This document shows positions 39,088 through 45,412 of a stretch of DNA of 45,412 bases, piece by piece (the stretch's first letter is position 1; each line of letters begins with the position of its first letter). Origin of the DNA: Dehalococcoidia bacterium (lineage in GTDB: Bacteria; Chloroflexota; Dehalococcoidia; GIF9; UBA5629); NCBI GenBank assembly GCA_050014895.1, contig JBEKCL010000003.1, positions 1-45,412 of the forward strand, in the 5' to 3' direction. The translations under genes and the position numbers were made by a program. The notes beneath the pieces are model-generated. The model worked only from the letters and a program-made list of their open reading frames with translations. It made no database searches and was not told the origin of the DNA.

Positions 39088-39567
39088 ATGCCGGAACAGT
39101 CGTTAATTACGGATCAAATGAGAGCGTACATAGGAAAAGACATAGACTGGGGGCCGTCTTTTGACGTGGAGAAAGGGGCCATTAAAAACTTTGCCGAAGC
39201 GATAAACGACCCCAATCCCCTTTTCACTGATGAGAAATATGCCAGGAGCAAGGGTCACAGCAGTGTCGTGGCGCCGCCGATCTTCCCAACCTATAACCTG
39301 CCGCTGGGCGCTCCCTTGAAAGTGCTCAAGTTCACTTTTACTGTAGCCACCGGCGTGCATGGCGGGGATGAGTGGGAACTGCTCCAGGACGTTCATGCAG
39401 GGGACACTCTGACTCCAAAGGGCAAGATCATCAACCTTGTTGAGAGGGAGGGGAAAAAGGGCAAAATGCTTTTCGTGACTTCTGAGGTCACTTTCACAAA
39501 CCAGCGCGGCGAAATTGCAGCTATATACAGGCCAACGGAAATATTCATAGCCGCGCCCGCGAAGTAA
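39088..39567 (+). CDS. MaoC-like hotdog-fold dehydratase, HadA/FAS1-N type subunit
   Basis: FAEAINDPNPLF, APPIF, HGG.EW and NQRGE motifs. Confidence 0.85.
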   Translation: MPEQSLITDQMRAYIGKDIDWGPSFDVEKGAIKNFAEAINDPNPLFTDEKYARSKGHSSVVAPPIFPTYNLPLGAPLKVLKFTFTVATGVHGGDEWELLQDVHAGDTLTPKGKIINLVEREGKKGKMLFVTSEVTFTNQRGEIAAIYRPTEIFIAAPAK

Positions 39568-39575
39568 AGGAGATA

Positions 39576-40016
39576 TTGATAATGAAAGCCAAAATATATT
39601 ATGAAGATGTTGAGATAGGCCAGGACATACCGCACCAGGTAAAAGAAAAGCTCACTACTAAAAGCCTTGTCAAATGGGCGGCAGCCGCCAGGGATTTCTA
39701 CGAGATCCACTATGATAAGGATTTTGCGCGTGCCGCAGGCATGCCGGACGTTATAGCTCACGGTCCCAACAAACTGGCACTGTTGGAACGTATGCTGCAG
39801 GAATGGATGGGTGAGGAGGGAAGGCTTCATAAAATTTCCTGTACTCATAAAGCCAGCAATTTTCCTGGCGAGACACTGATATGCAAGGGCAAGATCGTTA
39901 AAAAATATGTGAAAGAGGGACGAAATTTTGTTGAATGCGAAGTCTCTGTGGAAAATCAGAACGGCCTGGTCTGCGTACCGGGAACTGCGGTAGTATCGCT
40001 TCCTTCAAAAAAATAG
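39576..40016 (+). CDS. MaoC family (R)-specific hydratase/dehydratase, catalytic subunit
   Basis: YYEDVEIG, DFYEIHYD (D-x4-H), IAHG and ENQNG motifs; start may be ATG 39582. Confidence 0.87.
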   Translation: MIMKAKIYYEDVEIGQDIPHQVKEKLTTKSLVKWAAAARDFYEIHYDKDFARAAGMPDVIAHGPNKLALLERMLQEWMGEEGRLHKISCTHKASNFPGETLICKGKIVKKYVKEGRNFVECEVSVENQNGLVCVPGTAVVSLPSKK

Positions 40017-40048
40017 TAAATATTAGCCTCGTCTTTTAGTTTAATAGC

Positions 40049-40072
40049 AGGGCGCACCATATGGTGCGCCCT
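40049..40072. repeat. Perfect 24-bp palindrome (terminator or REP-like)
   Basis: AGGGCGCACCAT|ATGGTGCGCCCT. Confidence 0.8.
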
Positions 40073-40305
40073 AATTATTCGCCACAGGAACGTCTTTCCA
40101 TCAGCTTCAACCATGATTAGCCGATGAGAAAGAAAATGCTCTGAAGTGTTCAGGAAAAATTGGGACCAACCGGTCCGCGCGAGAGATCCGGATTACCATT
40201 ATTGATCGATTAGCAATATAATCAAATAAGTATATTACGGGTTGTGGGGATTTAATCTACGTATAAGCACAGGCTTTATGTAGTTAAATTGCCTGAAGGA
40301 GATTT

Positions 40306-42021
40306 ATGCCTAGGGTAGATAAGAAAGGGGCTGCGGACAAGCTGGCGAAGACGCCGACCGGTATACAAGGACTGGACGAAATCACGGGGGGAGGTCTGCC
40401 TAAGGGAAGGCCCACACTCGTATGCGGCGGGGCCGGTTCAGGCAAGACCATGCTGGCCATGACCTTCCTGGAGCACGGCGCCAGGAAATGCAACGAACCG
40501 GGTGTGTTTTTCTCGTTCGAGGAGAACGAGAGTGAATTGGCAACCAACTTCGCCTCGCTTGGATACGACCTGACCGACCTTATCAAACAAAAGAAAATCA
40601 TCGTCGATTTCGTGGTGGTTGAAAAGAATGAGATAGCGGAGACAGGGGAGTACGACCTTGAAGGCCTGTTTATAAGGTTAGGGGCAGCAATCGATGAGAT
40701 CGGGGCCAAGCGCGTGGTGCTCGATACCGTGGAAGCCCTGTTTGCCGGGTTGAACAACACGGGGATATTGAGGGCTGAGCTGCGCAGGTTGTTTAGGTGG
40801 CTTAAAGCCAGGGGCGTAACCACTGTCATCACCGGCGAGCGCGGTGATAACACGCTCACACGCCACGGCCTGGAAGAATATGTTTCAGATTGTGTTATTT
40901 TACTGGACCACAGGGTCACCAATGAGCTGGCCACGCGCCGGCTGCGCATCATTAAATATCGCGGTTCAAGCCACGGAAATAATGAGTATCCCTTCAATGT
41001 GGACGAGTCCGGAATCAGCCTTCTTCCTTTGACCTCGATGGGTTTAACTCACAAGGCCGGTACTGAACGTGTATCATCCGGTATACAGGAGCTCGACCAG
41101 ATGCTGAGCGGGGAGGGTTATTACCGGGGCAGCAGCATACTTGTGACAGGAATGGCGGGCACGGGCAAATCCAGCGTAGGAGCACATCTTGTTAATGGCG
41201 GCTGCGCACGCGGCGAAAGGTGCCTCTATTTTGCCACGGAAGAATCGCCCAACCAGATAATGCGTAATATGCGCTCAATAGGAATTGACCTGGAAAGATG
41301 GATTAAGAAAGGGCTGCTGGAGTTTGTGGCCGCGCGGGCGAACATGCGCAGCCTGGAAGAGCATCTGCTGGTCTTGCAGCGGACGGCGGACGACTTCAAA
41401 CCATCACTGGTCGTGGTTGACGCTATCACCGATTTCAACACCATTGGTTCCGGGCTGGCAGTGAAATGGATGACCACCCGCATGGTGGACTTTTTTAAAT
41501 CGCGCGGGATAACAGCGCTCTTTAACAGCCTGGTGACGGGGGTAGACATCGAGGATAGCGGTATCGGGGTCTCGTCGACCATGGACGTGTGGATGCACCT
41601 TGTCAATGTACCCAGCGACCTCGAACGCAACCGTATCATGTATATAATAAAGGCACGCGGCATGCCGCACTCCAACCAGGTACGCGAGTTCCTTATCACA
41701 AATGGAGGGGTAAAGCTGGTGGAAGTGTACACCGGCCCGTCCGGGGCATTGCTCGGATCGGCCAGGCTGACCCAGGAGGCTGCTGAGAAAAGGACTACAC
41801 TGGACAGGAAGCAGGAAATGGAGGTAAAGCAGAAGGAGCTCTTCAGGAAGCGCGCGGGGTTGGAGGCGCAGATAGCGGGTCTGCGTGCAGAACTCGAAGC
41901 GCAGGGAGAGGAGGCCAAAAGGATCTCTGAACACGAAAAAAAGAGAGAGAAGGAAATTGGCAGGGACGTGGAAGAAATGGCTGTCAAGCGCCAGGCGGGT
42001 GGGAAAAGAGCAGCCAAATGA
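40306..42021 (+). CDS. kaiC: Circadian clock protein KaiC homologue (double domain, KaiC2-like, coiled-coil tail)
   Basis: CI: [21 protein letters not shown]: [19 protein letters not shown], phosphosite loop VSSTMD. Confidence 0.96.
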   Translation: MPRVDKKGAADKLAKTPTGIQGLDEITGGGLPKGRPTLVCGGAGSGKTMLAMTFLEHGARKCNEPGVFFSFEENESELATNFASLGYDLTDLIKQKKIIVDFVVVEKNEIAETGEYDLEGLFIRLGAAIDEIGAKRVVLDTVEALFAGLNNTGILRAELRRLFRWLKARGVTTVITGERGDNTLTRHGLEEYVSDCVILLDHRVTNELATRRLRIIKYRGSSHGNNEYPFNVDESGISLLPLTSMGLTHKAGTERVSSGIQELDQMLSGEGYYRGSSILVTGMAGTGKSSVGAHLVNGGCARGERCLYFATEESPNQIMRNMRSIGIDLERWIKKGLLEFVAARANMRSLEEHLLVLQRTADDFKPSLVVVDAITDFNTIGSGLAVKWMTTRMVDFFKSRGITALFNSLVTGVDIEDSGIGVSSTMDVWMHLVNVPSDLERNRIMYIIKARGMPHSNQVREFLITNGGVKLVEVYTGPSGALLGSARLTQEAAEKRTTLDRKQEMEVKQKELFRKRAGLEAQIAGLRAELEAQGEEAKRISEHEKKREKEIGRDVEEMAVKRQAGGKRAAK

Positions 42022-42037
42022 GCAGCGGAGGATGATA

Positions 42038-42367
42038 ATGGCTACGATGAAGAAAGAGAGAACGGGCAGAAAGCTAGACAAACAGCATGAAATATGGCAA
42101 CTGCGGCTCTATGTGGCGGGCCAGACACCCAAATCGATGGTGGCCTTCGCCAATTTGAAAGATATCTGTGAGAAGCATTTAAAAGGAAAATACGAGATAG
42201 AAGTGATCGATCTGCTGGAAAATCCCAAGCTGGCCAAGGGCGACCAGATTTTTGCCATACCTACACTGGTGAGAAAACTGCCCCAGCCCATACGTAAGAT
42301 AATCGGCGACCTCTCGGACCAGGAGAGGGTACTGGTTGGATTGAACCTGTACCCGGCAATCAAATAA
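42038..42367 (+). CDS. kaiB: Circadian clock protein KaiB homologue 1
   Basis: [27 protein letters not shown] and IIGDLS motifs; GGAGG RBS 6 nt before ATG 42038. Confidence 0.95.
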   Translation: MATMKKERTGRKLDKQHEIWQLRLYVAGQTPKSMVAFANLKDICEKHLKGKYEIEVIDLLENPKLAKGDQIFAIPTLVRKLPQPIRKIIGDLSDQERVLVGLNLYPAIK

Positions 42368-42401
42368 CGGCGCTTTTATACGTAATGCTGTCATGTAAGG
42401 A

Positions 42402-42752
42402 ATGAAAATGGTTGAACCTAATAATAAGAACGGTATTGCCAGGAAATTGAATAAGGCCTTGAAACGCACGGACCAGGAGCAATACGTGCTGAAATTGTAC
42501 ATTACCGGCATGACTCCCAGGTCGAGAATCGCCATCCGGAACCTGCAAAAGATCTGCGATGAATATTTGAAGGGCCGCTATGAGCTGGAAGTCATCGATA
42601 TTTATCAGCAGCCGACATTGGCCAGGGGCGAGCAGATCATTGCCACTCCCACGCTGATAAAGAAATTGCCTGAACCTGTACGAAGGTTAATTGGAGATAT
42701 GTCCAAGACGGACAGGGTGCTGCTGGGGCTTGATCTGCAACCGAAGAAATGA
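42402..42752 (+). CDS. kaiB: Circadian clock protein KaiB homologue 2
   Basis: YVLKLYITGMTPRS, LEVIDIYQQP, ATPTLIKKLP, LIGDMS and LGLDL motifs. Confidence 0.95.
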   Translation: MKMVEPNNKNGIARKLNKALKRTDQEQYVLKLYITGMTPRSRIAIRNLQKICDEYLKGRYELEVIDIYQQPTLARGEQIIATPTLIKKLPEPVRRLIGDMSKTDRVLLGLDLQPKK

Positions 42753-42764
42753 GATGGATGATAG

Positions 42765-43949
42765 ATGACGACCGGGAAGAAACCGGGTAAGGGTGGAAAG
42801 ATCGAGGACCTGAAGCGCCGGCTGGCCGAGGCTGAGGAGACGCTGCGCGCAATTCAGCAGGGAGAAGTGGATGTCCTGGTGGTGAATACAGGGAAAGAGG
42901 AGCAGGTGTTTACCCTGAAGGGGGCCGACCTGACATACCGGCTGGTGATGGAGCAGATGAACGAAGGCGTGATAACGCTTTCCCCCGACGGCCTTATCCT
43001 TTACTGCAATCAGCGGTTTGCTGACCTGACCAAAACCCGCCTTGAGAAAGTGATCTCGTCAAGCATATTGAATTATATTGAACCGCAAGCGCAGGATACA
43101 CTCCTCCAAATGATGGAGCAGGATGGACGTTCCGAGATGGACCTGGTAGCTGCCGACTCCAGCACCGTGCCTATCTACCTGGCAATGCGGCGTCTAGTGC
43201 TAAAAGAGATGACTATCATCAGCGCCGTGGTCACGGACCTTACCGCGCAGAAGATGAAAGACCAGATCATCGAGCTCAAGGACGAGTTCATAGGAATGGT
43301 ATCGCACGAGCTCAAGACCCCCCTCACCGTGATCATGGGCGCCGTCTATACGGTTATGATGCCGGGGGTGCCCAAGGCGGAAAAAAAGCAGTTGCTTGAC
43401 GACGCCCTCGCATCAGTGGAAGAGTTGACTAATATCGTTGAGAACCTGCTGGAACTTTCGCGTGCCCAGTCCAACCGCCTGGACATTAATAAAGAAAACA
43501 TAGACCTGCAGCAGGCAGCGCGTGAAGTGGTCAGGAAACTGAGCAAGAGGGCGCACAAGCACCGGCTGACGGTGGAGATGACGGGGCTGCCGGCATTAAC
43601 CGCTGACCCGTTAAGGATAGAGCGTATCCTGTATAACCTGACGGACAATGCAATCAAGTACTCCCCGGAGGGGTGCGATGTCACTGTCTTTGCCCGTGCC
43701 GACCATGATGAGATTGTCGTCGGTATAAGGGACCAGGGCATAGGGATGTCGCGTATAGAGCAGGCGAGGCTGTTCAAGCCTTTCGAGCGTCTTGATAAGT
43801 CACCCCGGGTTAAGGGGGTAGGTTTGGGGCTTATGGTGGTGGGGCGGCTGGTGGAAGCGCACGGCGGGCGCATCTGGGTTGAGTCGGCTCCGGGCAAAGG
43901 CTCTACCTTTTATTTCACGTTACCGATGTTACAATCCGGGAAATCGTAA
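42765..43949 (+). CDS. Cytoplasmic PAS-domain sensor histidine kinase
   Basis: N-terminal coiled coil plus PAS (EG...ILYCN); H-box SHELKTPL, N-box NAIKYS, DQGIG, GLGL and GKGSTFYF; no TM segment or receiver domain. Confidence 0.93.
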   Translation: MTTGKKPGKGGKIEDLKRRLAEAEETLRAIQQGEVDVLVVNTGKEEQVFTLKGADLTYRLVMEQMNEGVITLSPDGLILYCNQRFADLTKTRLEKVISSSILNYIEPQAQDTLLQMMEQDGRSEMDLVAADSSTVPIYLAMRRLVLKEMTIISAVVTDLTAQKMKDQIIELKDEFIGMVSHELKTPLTVIMGAVYTVMMPGVPKAEKKQLLDDALASVEELTNIVENLLELSRAQSNRLDINKENIDLQQAAREVVRKLSKRAHKHRLTVEMTGLPALTADPLRIERILYNLTDNAIKYSPEGCDVTVFARADHDEIVVGIRDQGIGMSRIEQARLFKPFERLDKSPRVKGVGLGLMVVGRLVEAHGGRIWVESAPGKGSTFYFTLPMLQSGKS

Positions 43950-43960
43950 ATACTGGACTC

Positions 43961-44048
43961 TAAATTCCAAAATTCAAACAGCCGGTAAATTCCAAATTAC
44001 AAACGATTGGATTCGCTCATTGGGATTTGTTTTTAGTATTTGGAATTT
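43961..44048. repeat. AT-rich direct plus inverted repeat element
   Basis: TAAATTCCAAA at 43961 and 43986; inverted TTTGGAATTT at 44039. Confidence 0.6.
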
Positions 44049-44100
44049 TCATTAACAAACGTTGTAGAATACGGAACATCTGTTAATAAGGAGGCTTGAA

Positions 44101-44766
44101 TTGGACGTTATAGAGGCAATCAAGACACGTAAAAGCATCCGCGGTTTTAAAAAGGACCCTGTATCGAAGGAGACTATACATAAAATATTGGAGGCTGCCA
44201 TACGCACACCGTCCGGAATGAACACGCAGCCCTGGGAGTTCGTGGTGGCCGGGGGCAAGGACCTTGATCTGATACGTGAGGAGTGCAGCAGGCTATTTAA
44301 TGAGGGCGCCTTCCCTACCAATGATATGCTCCGTCAGCCATTTGAAGGTGTGTTCAAAAAGCGCCAGGTCGACCTGGCGGTAGAGCTTTTTAAATTGATG
44401 GGAATTGCCCGGGAAGACAAAGAGGCGCGCAAGCAGTGGATGTTGCGCGGGTTCCGCTTCTTCGATGCGCCGTGCCAGATAATTATCTGTGCTGACAAAG
44501 AGTTGAAGTATCACCTTGATATGCTGGGCGTGGGAGCTTTATGCCAGACTATCTGCCTGGCGGCGCTCGAATATGGACTTGGTACCTGTATAGCAGACCA
44601 GGGCATTATGTATGACCAGGTATGGCGTAAATACGCCAATATCCCTGAATCCAAAAGGCTGATCGCCGGCATCTCCATCGGGTATCCCGATCTGGATTTT
44701 CCCGCCAACAAACTGGTGAGTTCGCGCGAACCGGTAGACAGCATCACCACCTGGCTTGGATATTAA
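44101..44766 (+). CDS. Nitroreductase family protein
   Basis: RKSIRGF, PSGMNTQPW, FDAP, GLGTC and IGYPD motifs. Confidence 0.92.
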   Translation: MDVIEAIKTRKSIRGFKKDPVSKETIHKILEAAIRTPSGMNTQPWEFVVAGGKDLDLIREECSRLFNEGAFPTNDMLRQPFEGVFKKRQVDLAVELFKLMGIAREDKEARKQWMLRGFRFFDAPCQIIICADKELKYHLDMLGVGALCQTICLAALEYGLGTCIADQGIMYDQVWRKYANIPESKRLIAGISIGYPDLDFPANKLVSSREPVDSITTWLGY

Positions 44767-44786
44767 CATCTAAAGGAGGCTGCAGC

Positions 44787-45239
44787 ATGGGTAAAGAAAA
44801 CATATTGCCTGAGATAACGGAGCCGGATGTTAGAAGGGCCTTCGCCTTTACTGATGAGGTTGTGGAGGGGTACCCCGCCCATCTGGCTGGTACTGAGTCC
44901 TGCCGCAGGACCGGACAGCGTGTCAAGCAGGAATTCGAAAATTTTTGCGATGATGGTTCAGTTAAAGCTGAAGAATTTGTCATCCATCCCTGGAGCTTTC
45001 TCAAATATATTCCCGGCATGGTAGTAGTCTATTTTATCTGCGCTGTGCTGCTCTATTTCCAGTATCCCTGGATAGCCTTTGCCGGGCTCGCCGTTACCCT
45101 GTTCGTTTTCATCGGGCAGTTCTTATTTTACTGGCACCTGCTTGATCCTTTTTTCCCTGCCAGAAAGGGATTTAATATTTCAGGCAGCATTTCGTTTGGT
45201 TACCTTGGCCCCCTCGGCGTCATAGGGACTGCGTTCTGA
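44787..45239 (+). pseudogene. N-terminal fragment of a probable membrane-inserted M28-family peptidase, truncated
   Basis: AGT...F..CD.V..EEF plus two TM helices plus DPFFP...N..G.I. The frame runs into antisense nuoA sequence before any Zn-binding HxD motif. Confidence 0.5.
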
Positions 45240-45412
45240 CGCATCTTGCGACCAATCCAGCGCGCCCTTCTTCCAGATGTAAAAGAACCCGGACAGAATC
45301 AAAACGACGAAGATCAGCATTTCGAAGAACCCAAACAGTTTCAACTCGCGGTACACCACTGCCCAGGGATAGAGGAACACCGCTTCAATATCGAAGAGGA
45401 TGAAGACAATCG
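45180..45412 (-). CDS. nuoA: NADH-quinone oxidoreductase subunit A, C-terminal part (5' truncated by window end)
   Basis: [18 protein letters not shown] ... [10 protein letters not shown]. Confidence 0.92.
   Translation of the reverse strand, partial: IVFILFDIEAVFLYPWAVVYRELKLFGFFEMLIFVVLILSGFFYIWKKGALDWSQDASERSPYDAEGAKVTKRNAA

Noticed and set aside
40163-40176. GGACC-N4-GGTCC palindrome upstream of kaiC
   Set aside because: Short, single occurrence that could arise by chance; no regulator nearby
41885-42037. Long N-terminal extension of kaiB-1
   Set aside because: Overlaps the kaiC 3' end; the RBS supports ATG 42038
40284-42081. Minus-strand ORFs of 225-263 aa
   Set aside because: Antisense shadows of kaiC caused by codon bias
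43961-44048. Possible CRISPR array
   Set aside because: Repeats are only about 11 bp, there are two copies, no spacers of proper length and no cas genes

Overview
Gene-dense bacterial chromosomal segment, most likely from an anaerobic Chloroflexota (Dehalococcoidia-like). This is inferred from the gene order (nusA-ylxR-infB-rbfA-truB without rimP; rplU-rpmA-rpmE-DUF1385) and many archaeal-type enzymes. In order it holds: inositol-3-phosphate synthase, a Usp, a PHP protein, an unannotated 47-aa DUF5679-like basic protein, the nusA-infB operon with a leader terminator, a glmM-glmU-uppS-geranylgeranyl reductase cluster, a catabolic island (split HAAT ABC transporter, paired class III CoA-transferases, divergent AbfD-like dehydratase, SDR, LEA lipoprotein), ribosomal protein genes, an OYE-type enoate reductase, class V FBP aldolase/phosphatase plus rdgB, a complete AmmeMemoRadiSam trio, a CetZ-like tubulin homologue coupled to rarA, a TPR lipoprotein, a MaoC pair, a kaiC-kaiB-kaiB-PAS histidine kinase module and a nitroreductase. 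The last ~230 bp are probably chimeric (a nuoA fragment interrupting a peptidase gene). No tRNA, rRNA, CRISPR array or transposase was recognised. The most notable items are the CetZ-like protein whose GTP-binding and hydrolysis motifs are all degenerate, the KaiA-less Kai module with its own kinase, and the catabolic island with a shared putative operator. All calls come from motif recognition by eye; no searches were run.
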